Below are positions 1 to 13,629 of a DNA stretch of 54,338 nucleotides, one piece after another. Source of the stretch: Blastocystis sp. subtype 4 (Eukaryota). How positions within the stretch are numbered: position 1 is the first letter of the stretch; every line of letters begins with the position of its first letter. Where the stretch lies: positions 1-54,338 of the forward strand of contig NW_014569433.1 of assembly GCF_000743755.1 (NCBI RefSeq), in the 5' to 3' direction. The position numbers were made by a program, and so were the translations under genes. The notes under the pieces are model-generated. The model was given only the letters and a program-made list of their open reading frames with translations. It did no database searches and was not told the origin of the DNA.

Positions 1-879
1 AAGATGATGTTATTATTGATGTTAATGATGATATGAGAATGAAATGGATTGATGATTGTGAATTGATTGTTACTAGTTGTATTGAATCTTTGATTATTGG
101 TGATGATTTCAATCCTGATATATCATCATTGATACTGAACAATTCATTGATATCATTGAAACAAATTGAAATTGGAAATGATTGTTTTAAGAAAGTGACT
201 CGATTTGTGATTGATGGATTGAATGAATTGAAGACTATTATCATTGGAAGAGATAGTTTAAAATTGGATAAGGAGGATAGAGAAGGAAGCAAATGTTTGA
301 TAATGAATTGTGATCGATTGAGACAAATCCATATTGGATATTATTCATTCTTTTGGTATGAATCATTTGAATTGAAGGATCTTCCTTCTCTCATTTCCAT
401 TCAGTTGGATCAGTATGCAGTCCATTACTATCATTCAGTAGTGTTTGAGAGTATAAATGATTGATGAATGATGAATGAGATTTAAATCGACTTCAATCCA
501 TCACTCTAGAAATGGCGGCTCTTAATGGATATGGTGATAGGAGTACTGTTGAATCGAATGAATTGATAATGAAGAGTAAGACTGATAGTGATGATTGATT
601 GATTAGATCTCCCTTCTCTATCTTCATTCAATGGAGATGAATATAATTTCTATGATATAGGGAAAGTGATATTAGAGAGTGCTGCTTGATGATTGAATCT
701 GAATTAGACATTCCATCACTCACTGAAAATGGAATACAGATGGGTCATACTGTATTCTGTAAAGTGAAAGAATTGAACAGCTCAAGTATGTTTGCTTGGT
801 TGATAATATTTGAGATGCTGATTCTCTTGATCGATTCATTCGACAGAAAGCCAGATACCAAAGGATTAAAGTACTATAA
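1..879 (+). CDS. LRR-like repeat protein (xLPSL-type repeats), 5' end uncertain or outside window
   Basis: Repeats DLPSLISI / NLNRLQSI / NLPSLSSF / NIPSLTEN joined after removing 29-31 nt introns at 451-479, 576-606, 679-707 and 786-814; spliced frame ends at TAA 877-879. Confidence 0.7.
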
Positions 880-1314
880 GAGCCCAATCCTTCAAGCATC
901 CAGAATCTGTGTTCTTTCCAATACTATTAGCAGTTGAACTATTAATGAATTCATCCTCTTTGTTCGATATCAATCACAGTAGTCCTATAACCTATTTCTT
1001 CAACAATAAGGATATACTATGAATGGAAATAGATTAATTCACTCTAGAACTATATCTGAAACGGTATTTATTCACAGTATGGTGAACTGAAACACTCTTC
1101 TCCTACGCACATAATATCCTCTAATGAGTTAATGCTACTTGAAACTAGTAGACTAAATGTAATACACTAAAAGTAATTTAATCGATATATGACGCAATTA
1201 ATCCTTTATAATGAATACGTGAATTAAGCCATAATTGTGAATTGCAGATAACAAGTCCAAAAGTTGAATTCCTAAAATCTAATCTGAAGCCATAACTCAG
1301 TATCCGTCTCAAAG

Positions 1315-4300
1315 ATGGTTATTCCAATCTTCGAGAATGATGGAAGTAAGTCTCATGATCCTATTATGAGATACTCTTTGTGAATTGGGTTCATGGAGAT
1401 ATAACGCATTATAGGTTCATCAGATGATGAAGTTATCGGCCCTCTAAATTGTTCAGTACCTATGAATGTGAAAGCAATCGTCTTTTGTGAAATGTAGGAA
1501 GAAAGTGATTCTACTGATGATGAACTGCTTCAGGACTGGACAGTAGATGATAGCATTTATGAAGATGACGTATGAATGGATTCTTCTTATTCTTACCTAG
1601 AATACTCTAGATCAGGATGCTCCATCACATGGTATGTCCTTTTTGTTGATGTTTATTTGTAGTGGTCCTCCCGTCGTATCTTCTTTTCCATGCGAATGTA
1701 GTATTTCAAAAGACTAAACATTCTAGGAACGTCTGTGGGGTTCTTTCAAACGTCCTCGACAAGGCCAAGAATCTGAGGAAGAGAGGAAACGGCAGAATGC
1801 AATGTTACACAGTTCGTTCCTTATCGGTTATTAAGAAATAGCTCATATCAACGACATCCGAAATCCTTATTTAGAGTCCATGAGATTCGATTCTCAGGAT
1901 GATGTGCAACAAACTGTATATATGGGTATGGATAAGAAGCTATTATGATTCTAGACTCTAATGACCCAAATCTGATCTTTTCTTGTGAATTGCCGAGCAG
2001 TACCAATGAGAATCATAATCCAGCAAAGATGCGTAAGGAAAAGAACCTAAAGAAGCAGCATACTCTCCAAACCCGCGTGATTCTTAATCCTCCCAACCAC
2101 AGCAAGATTGCACGAGAATTTCTCCTTGTTCAAGGAGGAATGACTTCAGAGGAGATTGAACGATTTCATCGTCCTCGCTTTCCAAATCGGGAGTTGATAT
2201 TGAATGTGGGTATCATTCATGCTTATCATAAATAGTGTGAGATTGCTCGACGTAGTGACAATAACCGTAATGATCACTTGGTTCAAGCAATTCGGTCGAT
2301 GTCGGAGCTTTCATCGGAGAATGATCATCTGGTGATGGTAGAGTACTCGGAACCTCAACCTCCAATGTTCATGAACCAGGGAATGGGATCTTTCTTCATC
2401 AATTGGATTAATCCAGCTCCTGGTGAAACTGAATGTGGGAATTTGTGACTATTTTGACAGTTAGGGGAACATCCTCCAGAAGGTGTGAATCGAGTTCTGA
2501 GTGAGAGTGAATTGATGCCTCTAATGGGACGTCTGAAACCAGGTGAGCAGATGATGTCATTGTGTACTCCACTCTACAATACACCTCTGTTCCAGCATGA
2601 TGTTCTTGTGAATGCAGTCATTTATATCTAGATTCCTCTCACAGACTACCTCTTAGTGGTGAAGATGGAAAAGTGATGATTGCATTTGTTTATCATTTGT
2701 AGTCCACGTGAGCCAGCACCTCCAGCTTCGAATGTTTACAATGCATATATTCGGAAAATCGATAACTTGTTTGTCGCAGGAAAGATGGAGCCTATTGTGA
2801 GAATGTATAATCCTGATGATAATAACTATCTTATCATGAAAAGGGCTCTTGAAGATTACTTACTTCAACATTACTTCCAGAAATGTCATGATTGGTAATG
2901 AATCTGATATGTAGTGAACAAGCTATCCATCGAACAACTATGCAAATTATTCCCATATTTGCGATCAGAAGAGAATCAACGTGATTTTAACGAGCGTTAC
3001 AAACAATTCTTTGATATTCAGAATCGCACGTCGGAATGTCACATTATTCTGATGAGTAGTTATCGTTTGAGGAATGCAATTCTTCCTATTTCCGTTCCAC
3101 GTCATTTGACACCCGAAGCTGTATGCCTTTTACAAGCGTGTGATGTTGGCAATGCAATGTTGAAACGATCAGGTGTGCGTTACATCACATCGTTATCAGC
3201 TACACAAGGAACGAGTATGGATAGTTGATATTGCTAAATTAAAGCATTCCTGCGTGTAAAGGAGAATTTAGAATACTTACAGAATTTCGCAAAGAAGAAG
3301 ATTGAGTTAGCTACCACTCAGATTAGTCATGATGATGTGGTGAGTGTAGATCGAGAGGAGATGTGCGATTATGGTCTTATGAAATCATATTATCAACATC
3401 TCAAACGTATTTTAGATCGTGAAGTGAAAACTGCGAATTTCTTTGTCGAGAGAGTTCATCGTGCTCCATGGAACTTGTGTGATCAATATGTAAGTTCAAT
3501 CATTGAGGTGATTACTTGTGGTTGGAATCATGGATAGAAAAAGACTCGAATGATTCTTAATCAAAGTATCTATTTGGATAGTAGTGTTCTCTTCCGAGAA
3601 GCCTTTGGTGAGATGTATATGTTCCTTCCATCCAAGGTACTCACTATAAGATTCGTCTTGTGTAGAGTCTTCGGAACCGAAAAGGTAAGCCTGCTCAGAA
3701 GCGAGCTTCACATTTGGCGAATGATACAGATTCGAGTGAGGAACTCCCTGCAGAACTGGATCCACAGGAACAACCTCAACCGGAGAAGTTACCAGATCTT
3801 CGGAAGAAGTCGAAGAAGGAGTTGCAAGAACTGTGTTTACAATTGGGAATGGCAAGAGATGAGATGGAGCGGATGGAACGTTGGTCTTTGGTGAAATATG
3901 TGAAGAACAATGCTCGTGATGAGCTCAGTAATCTTTATCGAGAACACAAGCAGAATCAACAGGAACAGAACAAACAGTTCCAGGAACAAGTGAATGTCCA
4001 GTTTGAGGATCAGCGTAACTGGCTCTCAGGACGCGAGCAGTTCATTCTTACTGCCAATACACTTCCATTCTCCAATCTCTTCGACTCACTTGTTCCTAAT
4101 GCTCCTCGTATCGAACCTCTCCGAGCTCCTACCGAGCTGAATGATGTCACTCTTCCTGACTTCGTGGTGCCTGGAATGGAGAAACCTCTTCCAGTACCTC
4201 AGCCATCTGGGATTCTGCCTACTGTATCGAATTCGTTCACTGGTGCTCTTACAGAAGAGGGAACGAAGCGAGTGGGGACAGGAATGGTGGGTCCGAATGG

Positions 4301-5093
4301 CTTACCTCTCTGGGTTCGACGAGTCACACTAACTGTTCAGAAGGATGGTCGAATCCTCTCCAACGTGAGTTATACACATAGTGCGAAGGATGTCCGGAAT
4401 GTGCTCGAGGCACAGCGTAAGTTGGAATCATTGAGTCTAGCTGAGAGTATATACTGGAGTGGCCTTTCATTAGTAGTTCTCCATCGTTACAATGGGTTTG
4501 ACCCAAGTTCGCAACCCATCCACAAAGTCACGAAAAGTGTACCTCGGGCTCATAAGCCTCGATCTATCGCAACACAGCGAGTAGGAATCTAAGATTGGAG
4601 TGATATGTAGCGACCGCGTCGGGAGAAGAACACAGAACAGATCGAGCCAGTGACTGAGGAGTGCAACCCCCGTCGTCTTGAGAAGCTGCTGAAGAAGGGA
4701 CTGAAAGTATTGATGGATCGCGACCATGCGAAGTTCTTCCGACAATTGCCAGCACCTAATGAGACGTGGACAGAGACCTATCGTAGAACCATTCCGAACA
4801 TTATCGACTTGAATACGATTGGATTGCGCATGGGAAGGAAGGGATACACACATACGGACTTTATCGCAGATGTCCAACTTCTGTATGAGAATACAAAGAT
4901 CTTTAATGGGGAAACACATGAACTGACCCTCATTGCGAAACATTTTGTGGAAGATGCGACGCTGTTTGTAGAGCAACATAAAGAGGTAGAAGTGATGGTA
5001 GAAGTGAATTGTAGGAATTTGCAAAGGCAGAAGATCTGTTAACGCCTCATGAAATGGGTCCTATCGTTGTAGAAGAGAATCCTTATGAAGAGT
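1315..5093 (+). CDS. TAF1: Transcription initiation factor TFIID subunit 1 with C-terminal bromodomain (multi-exon; start approximate; stop predicted to be made by polyadenylation)
   Basis: VMVEYSEPQPPMFMNQGMGS, LTPEAVC and HRAPWN match the TAF1 central domain; IIDLNTI...ENTKIFNG is a bromodomain (4650-4985); last exon ends GAG T 5 nt before TGTTTGTT. Confidence 0.85.
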
Positions 5094-5097
5094 GGTC

Positions 5098-5113
5098 TGT
5101 TTGTTAACAAACA
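5098..5113. terminator. Palindromic pair of polyadenylation motifs TGTTTGTT/AACAAACA shared by TAF1 (+) and RPL37A (-)
   Basis: TGTTTGTTAACAAACA lies between the convergent 3' ends; TGTTTGTT is the known Blastocystis downstream poly(A) element. Confidence 0.8.
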
Positions 5114-5145
5114 ATCAATCACTATTCCAAGAATCGAATATGAGT

Positions 5146-5574
5146 TTAAGCCTCAACCTTAGAACGGCGAAGTCTCTGAATCGAGGATCTCACAGTCAAG
5201 GCAGCAGGAGTAGCAACAGACCAAGCACCTCCAGCGAGGACCTTTCCGCACTTCTTGCACTCCCAAATACCGACGCAAGTTCTCTTCACAGTGTTCTTGC
5301 CGCAGAAGGCACAAGCATAACTACACGATGAGAAACACGAAAAGCAAGGAAGTTACGTGCTGTGCTGACTGATCTCAATCTTCTTGACAATCTTACGAAG
5401 GGACGAACCGTATCTTGTTCCGTACTTTCCGCAAATACCGACCTTCTTAGTTCTCTTACCCTACAACATCGTTAGTGGATTGGCTCGACAATGTTGTCAA
5501 TGCGAGAACAACCAACATATTCTCGCACTCTCTGGACAATTTGCTTATTTCTGATAGCATCGATCACCTACCAT
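5146..5574 (-). CDS. RPL37A: 60S ribosomal protein L37a (eL43)
   Basis: [24 protein letters not shown]...CAFCGK...GIWECKKC...LAGGAW; 111-nt intron 5461-5571 right after the ATG plus one short intron; not in the ORF track. Confidence 0.97.
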
Positions 5575-5732
5575 ATTTAATTCTTGTCCTTGAAATAGTT
5601 TTCTGGCTCAATTTGGAAAAGGAAAGGGATTCATAGCAATCTAGGGAGTAAAATTCTGAAATGCTAGAGATTCTTATATAGAGAATTGACTACCCCTTCC
5701 ATTTCTTGTATTTCAAACAAAGAGAAATAGGA

Positions 5733-7773
5733 CTATTTAACACTGATATATTTGGCAGGTATCTTGTATTGTTTGACCAGACAATCCTTGATCGTAGATG
5801 CCATCTTTCCTTGGAGTTGAATGTATTCTCCCTGCTGGTTTGTGTGAATGCAACCACTACAAGTCATGGGACTCCCCTAATACCAACCTGGAAGCACAAA
5901 CCTTGGATAGCGTTTTTAGCAATTCTTTTACATCAATAGAGAAGTCAGAAGCATGGTAGACAAGTGTTTGTGGACTTTTAGCTCCTTTCACCTTCTCTGT
6001 GGTAATGACGATTCCTTGTCGAGTTCCCTTCTTTACTACAACCTTGTCATTGACTTGAACAGCCTGATACTGAATCAACTTCTCTTCAAAGAGTTGAGCA
6101 ACTTCTCTTCGTGAGAGCATTGTTGGAAAACCACCTTCAGGAACCTTCTTATCACGGAATAGAGCATCTGTAAGTTCATCATTGAGTATCTACATCACAG
6201 AAACCCACTACTCTTTACAACCATTCCAGTATCTGATTCTGATATCAGTCCTTTCGAAATGAGATATGCATTCAAAACAGATTTAGCGTCAGCCATGGAA
6301 TACATTGCATTGGGATCCATTTGCATCGCCAAGAACACATTCTTCATCATTTTATTGATGCGATATAGCACAGATACGTTTGTTTTGCGTTCTGGTTCGG
6401 TAGAAACAGGTTCCTTTGTTCCACTTCTAATCTTCACAGCATCAGACTTGAAATGGTTGATATATTCCTTATATTTTGCCAGCCAAGGGTGCTGCATATT
6501 AACCGTCATAATGGTCTATTGTTAGGATTCCAATAAGTCAATCTACTGGTTGTTTGTTAATCTTCTTAAATGTAATGAGTTTCTTCTCTTGGAGATAATC
6601 CATAAGAGTAGCAAGCTTCTTGAAGGAAGTGTCATTCCAACGAATTCCATGTTCTCCATGAATATCTCCACAATCTACTGTTCATTGAAGCCAATCAAGA
6701 GAACAGTATTCGCTTGCACGATGAGAACTGATAAACTCCTTCTGATTCAAATATTTAGAATTGAACGTAGAAGTCTGGATAGGTAATTCTTCAGGTCCAA
6801 TCTCACTGAAACACTGGATGTGAGTAAGAGTGAATATGGATACCCGGATACAGAGATGAAGAAGTTGATCATCCATCTCCGATTCACTGATGGGATGTGA
6901 AGAAGATTGTTCGGTAGATAGTTCCGATGTCTCTTGAAGTGCCGTTTCCTGAGATGTCACTTCCTCAGATCCCTCTTGTTGTGATTCTGTGTCTGGCTGC
7001 TGGACATTTTCTTCATCCATTTCCTTTTCATCACCACATTCAACAGCTACATCAAGAAGAGGATATACAGCAGAGATCGTATAACCTTCTGGCAATGGAT
7101 CTACTCGTCCATATTCCTCATACACATGGTCACGGTACATATGAACCACTTCAATCACCTTGCCTTTCTAGATATCACGACTCGAATAGTCAGATCACTC
7201 CTGAAGCCATCTGAGAAGCAAAATCATTAACACAACAATAGCCAATGGCAAAAGGCTTGGGATTGTTGAAAGTACCTATGGCTACCACCTTCTTAAACAA
7301 TAATTGAGGTAAACCATCTTCCTATGAATAAATAGCAAATTCAAGTACTACAGGAACGACAATTCCTGGAACCATAAGAGAAGCACCTTCAATAATCTTC
7401 TGACTGACAAAAGAATTAGTATATACCACAGGAACAATGGTAGGACAACGCCAAAGGGCATTCACTATACTAAATGAGAGGAAAAAAAGAGTACCAGTAG
7501 GATAAAACCGATGATCAAGAGTTTCAATAAACAAAGCAGGACCTTCTTTGTGTTTATAGAGAAGAATACCCGATTTCAGTTTTAACACTTCAATTGCCTT
7601 CAGAATGAATTACATTAGATTTGAAATACCGTTCCATTTCCAAAAAGAGTTTCGTCGGCCTCATCTGAGTAATTATCAAGACTATATTTGATCCGTTGTC
7701 TTAGTTCCTTCACTTCCTTCTTTCGAATACTTGTCTTTGTAGATAATAAAATATCTTGAGGTTTTCGGAACAT
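5733..7773 (-). CDS. EIF2D: Translation initiation factor eIF2D (ligatin): PUA, SWIB and SUI1 domains
   Basis: MFRKP...IRKKEVKELR, FYPT..ALW, GASLMVPG (PUA); NAYLISKGL (SWIB-like); C-terminal IQLQGK...YKIPAKYI (SUI1). Confidence 0.88.
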
Positions 7774-7797
7774 TTGTGAACAAATGAGATTCAAATT

Positions 7798-9588
7798 ATG
7801 GTAAAAGTCCTTGATAATTGTATTATTTCTAGTCAGATAAGGAGGAGAAACCTGAGGAACCAAAAGAAGAAGAAGAAGTTCAACAGGAGAACCCGTTTGA
7901 AAAGGATGAGGCCAACATTAGTACCCGTCATTTGTATCTTTTTATTGATTCGAAAGATATCTAGATATGGTGAGGTTGTGTGGTTGAAAGTATTTGACTT
8001 TCCTTATTGGCCAGCAGTGATTCTCCATCCAGCTTGGATTTCTCCTCTTTTAGCTGGAAAGTTGAAATTGAGTAAGAAGAAGATTCAAAATCGTCTCATT
8101 GTTCAATTCTTCGATGAAGTGAATTCCTCGTATTCTTTTAGTATCGTTCTTATTTATAGACAAGTCGTTGGCATTAAGAATATATCATATCCGTTTGAGG
8201 CGTATTATGCCGAATATACAAAGAACAATTCAATCGATCCATCCTTCATAGAAAGAGCAAAAGAAGTCTGACTGTGGAGAATGATTTAGTCTGTAGTTGA
8301 ATGAATTAACTCGTCTTGAACGCTGTCAACTTTATTATCGTTCCAATTTATTTCTCCTTCTCACATCTAGCTGAGATGAAGGAAAGCGATCTATTGGATG
8401 TACGAAAGTGTATTGTTTGCAATCAACCTATTGAAGATTTGGATCCTGTGGATCTCTACATATTACGTGGTACACATGCTCAAGTACCTGATAATGCTCA
8501 CTATGCATCGAAATCGTACTATCGTTGTATCAATCCTGCTTGTCTCTCATGTACACATGAAAACAGCATTAAATTGTAGTATATCATAAGAAGTGTGTTC
8601 CTAATTGCCAGTTGTTTGGAGTATGTGGGATTTGTGAAGTCCCGAAGAATGCACAGAAATACACAGAAAAACGTCCTTCTATTGACGATACAAAGCGATC
8701 CAACCGAACCACCTCTGACAGTGAAGATGAGAGGATTTCACGTCGTCGTCCTTTGCGTCGTAATGAGAGTGATGAGGAAGAACGTCGTATTGTTCGTCGC
8801 CATCCGTCACGCTCCACTCGTTCTCCTACATATCATGAAGAGGAAAGTGATGATGAGATCCGAGAACGGACTCCAAAGAAACGACGTGTTATGCCCTCTC
8901 GTTCTGCTGCTGCTAACACACGACATGAAGAGAGTATTACATTTCCTCGCATTGAAGAGAGTACTGTTCGTGGAGTGGTGAATGAAGTGATGAATCTGGT
9001 TTTCCGCGAGACTGGGACTGAGGAAAAGCAATTGGTTCTTTCTATCAAAATGAAACTTCGATCTGTGGTGGCTGTGGGAATTAGAGATATGATTAATTGT
9101 AGTGGTTCTCTAGCTTTTCTGGAGATAATCAACGAAGAATTCTTCATTTGATTCTCCTTTTACAACATCAGTAATGATCAGGAAGGAGTGTTATGAATAG
9201 CAATTCGGCGCTGAGAACATTTGCAGAGAATGCTTTCGGGTTACTGCAAAAGAAGTTTGAGCGACATCATGAAGAGACTTTTCGGTCCTTCACAGAAGAC
9301 GTCTCGATTTGTAAGTGATGGATAGAAGGATGAAACATAGATGAAAAGGAACTTGATGGAAATCGGATAGACAACTATCGGATTCTGCGCTCTCTGTTGA
9401 CGCCTCCTGAGTGCTCTTTATTGTGTCAGTGGATTGAACAGACTATTTTTGAATTGGATTCGACTGTAGGCGAAGAATATAGGAAGTGGAGTGAAATGAT
9501 TGAGTCAACGATTCGAGAGAATCCTGATTCCATTATTAGTGGATCTATACCAATTCTGTCCGTGGGTACGAAGCGTGAATCTAGTTGA
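7798..9588 (+). CDS. PWWP-domain chromatin protein with Cys/His zinc-finger-like region
   Basis: YGEVVWLKVFDFPYWPAVI and LIVQFFD; CIVC...CINPAC..CTH...CPNC...CGIC; ATG followed by an intron; TGA 9586-9588 then TGTTTGTA. Confidence 0.75.
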
Positions 9589-9620
9589 GTTGTTTGTATA
9601 CAATCCTTACCTACATCCAA

Positions 9621-11237
<1,617 letters not shown>

Positions 11238-11265
11238 TCCTAATTGTGTATGTTACAAACACAAT

Positions 11266-12595
11266 ACCATGACATGGCAGGAACATTTAAGGTATTTGTT
11301 CCTTCAATGTGTTGCATAGCAAGGTTCTGATTGAATGGATTCCCCATCTTAATAGGATGGAGATGGACACACGTAGAAACTAATGGCCAATTATGATGAT
11401 TACAATTCACAATTTCGTTATGACTGAGACACCAGTTGATGGTAGGCGCAGCTTGCTCTAAAAAGACACGATGCTTAAAGAAGATATCCACCAGCTGGAG
11501 GAACAGAGGCATATCTGAAGCAGTAACATAAAAGAAGTCCTGGAGCGAACGACGTTGGTTTGTAGGGAAGACAAGTTGACACCGGATTTCAAGAGAACGA
11601 TTTGATATCACTTCATTGATAGCATTCCGAAATGCAATGGGATAACGAACCCCATTCTCATTCTGGAGGTGATTCCAGCTCCAGTTTAATGTCCAGTTAT
11701 AAGGTCGAGTGGGTTCATGCCAACTCTGAGTTAAATCATATTCTTGTAATCGATGAGGATCGAGAAATGCATCATCATTAATGAGGAAATAACCATCATA
11801 TTCAGCATATCCCTTCAAAAACGCATATGCCTTTGCTAGAGTATAATAGCTGTACTCACCTCCAACTCGTAATGAATGTCTCACCATTCGATAGGTCTCA
11901 TTGAATCGAGGACCCATATTAATGAGATCAAAATCAATTGGATAGAGTTCATTGAAACGTTTGTACAGTTTACTGCGCATAAAAGTCACTCCATTAAAGA
12001 ACTGCCAGTGATGATTCACCACAATAAGATAGCGTTTTTTCGATTTGTTAAATCGATACTTGAAGACAAATTCGTCACGAGGATCCTTTCCTTGACAATA
12101 CTCCGGAGAGAGGAATTCCAGACAATTGAAGTTGAAATCCTTTTCTTCCATCTTCCGTTGACTATCAGAAGGAATAGAAGTTGTTACAGTCATAGGGGAC
12201 TTTGTTGAAGATGGGATGGTAGGGTCAGTTCCTGAAGGTAACTGCGTTGATTGCTGCCGATCAGCACTCCCGAACAAAGATCCTGTAGACTCTTGAACAC
12301 TTTTCTTGAGTGAATCAATTTGCTTTTTAACTATATCTGTATTGCTGGACTGTTCAATTGGCGAAACAGAAGGAATAGAAGTGGTAGACTCTGCAGAAGG
12401 AATAGATGCTTTGTTGGTTGAAATAACTCTCTGAAAAACGAAGTCCATGTTCAGAGAACACGATAGATCACTACAGATTAAGAGGATACAAGACACTAAC
12501 CATTCCTGCCCACTCTTTTTCAACCTATTTACTGTACTGAATACCACTGATACAAAAAATAGGGCGAACAGAAAAAATACTGGTATTCGAAACAT
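11266..12595 (-). CDS. Type II membrane glycosyltransferase-like protein (STELLO/DUF288-like C-terminal region)
   Basis: N-terminal hydrophobic anchor, S/T/P-rich stem, YDGYFLINDD motif, DFFYV, VFLEQAAP; stop predicted from poly(A) at 11266 (genomic stop at 11240). Confidence 0.55.
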
Positions 12596-12622
12596 TTATG
12601 GGTGATCAACAAACAACCTTAT

Positions 12623-13185
12623 TTACTTCACTGAAAGCATTTCAACATCAAAAACGAGTGTAGCACCTGAGTATCACAGCAAACCTATCAAACCCTACCT
12701 CCATGAATCACACCTCCAGCACCTCTCATGCCGTATCCAAGATTGGCAGGAATAATCAATCTTCTCTTCTCACTAAGAGTCATTTTTCTTATCTCTCCCT
12801 TACCCTACACACATTCCAAGCAATCCTTCTTCCCATCCTTTGATTACACGTCCTGCTCCAAGTCTCAGAGAAAAAGGAGCATCTCGATCAAGCGAGGAGT
12901 CAAACTTCTTGCCATTTTTGTACAAATACCCCTTATAGTGATTACATTCATTTAGACCCAACGCTATAGTGAACAGAGACAGTATTTCCACTTGCAGCCT
13001 TCTTTGAACAATCTTCAGGGATATACTACGATATCAGGGAGAAATGACTTTAATACAAGATTCTGAATAATCAATTTACTATCAGGAGGCAAATCTGGTT
13101 TGGGTTGCTCTCGAGTACCCATTGAATACTCCTGAGCAACAGAAAGGGCAAAAATGAGAACAATTAGAAGAATTGAGTACTTCAT
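12623..13185 (-). CDS. FKBP-type peptidyl-prolyl isomerase with signal peptide (FKBP2-like)
   Basis: [33 protein letters not shown]...[30 protein letters not shown]. Confidence 0.93.
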
Positions 13186-13240
13186 GGAAATGGAATTGAA
13201 CATGAACAACAAGAGTCCATATACTAGAAAAGATTGTAAA

Positions 13241-13530
13241 AACAAACAATTCATCAAACCTTTCTTAACTACCCCACTTCCTAAACAAGAATTAGAAACG
13301 AACCAACCAATAACTAAATATGCTAATAACACAAAAGGGAGCTCAGATCTCAAAGTTGTCTTCACGAATGTGTCAGACATACGCTCTTGGAGTCATCATT
13401 GCAACAATGCAGTTCCGATTCACTTACCAGGTAATCACCCTCGAAACACTCAGGAAATAATGAATAGATGAGTGGTAATCCTAAAATGGATCTGGTTCTA
13501 TTTAATATCCCCTAATTAAGCATACTGTAA
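13241..13530 (-). ncRNA. Putative spliced non-coding snoRNA host transcript (5' end approximate)
   Basis: 105-nt GTAAGT...TTAG intron (13323-13427) holding a C/D snoRNA, a second small GTTGGT...TTTAG intron, its own TGTTTGTT at 13241-13248, and no convincing spliced ORF. Confidence 0.55.
13340..13403 (-). ncRNA. Box C/D snoRNA, predicted guide for 18S rRNA Am28 (D') and Cm38 (D); snR74/SNORD27-like
   Basis: Box C ATGATGA (13393-13399), D' CTGA (13373-13376), C'-like GTGAAGA, D CTGA (13343-13346); guides GAGCGTATG and CTTTGAGA complement 18S CAUACGCUC and UCUCAAAG (rRNA sequence recalled, not in window). Confidence 0.8.
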
Positions 13531-13629
13531 TAGTAGTTATTAGGTCCTTTCCCTATATCTCTTGTTGATTGTATTTCTGTCAGTATCACTTCCAAAAAAA
13601 GATGGAAAAAGAGGAGTCCGCACATAATC

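Noticed and set aside
6551..6558. TGTTTGTT on the + strand inside eIF2D
   Set aside because: Antisense to the gene with no supported + gene ending there; likely chance.
6815..6844. GTATCC-starting intron in eIF2D as U12-type
   Set aside because: 30 nt, GTATCCAT, no clear CCTTRAY branch motif; fits the major class.
13015..13380. ORF-track 121-aa protein extending FKBP upstream
   Set aside because: Its ATG lies inside the snoRNA and the frame crosses a poly(A) motif; the FKBP signal peptide starts at 13185.
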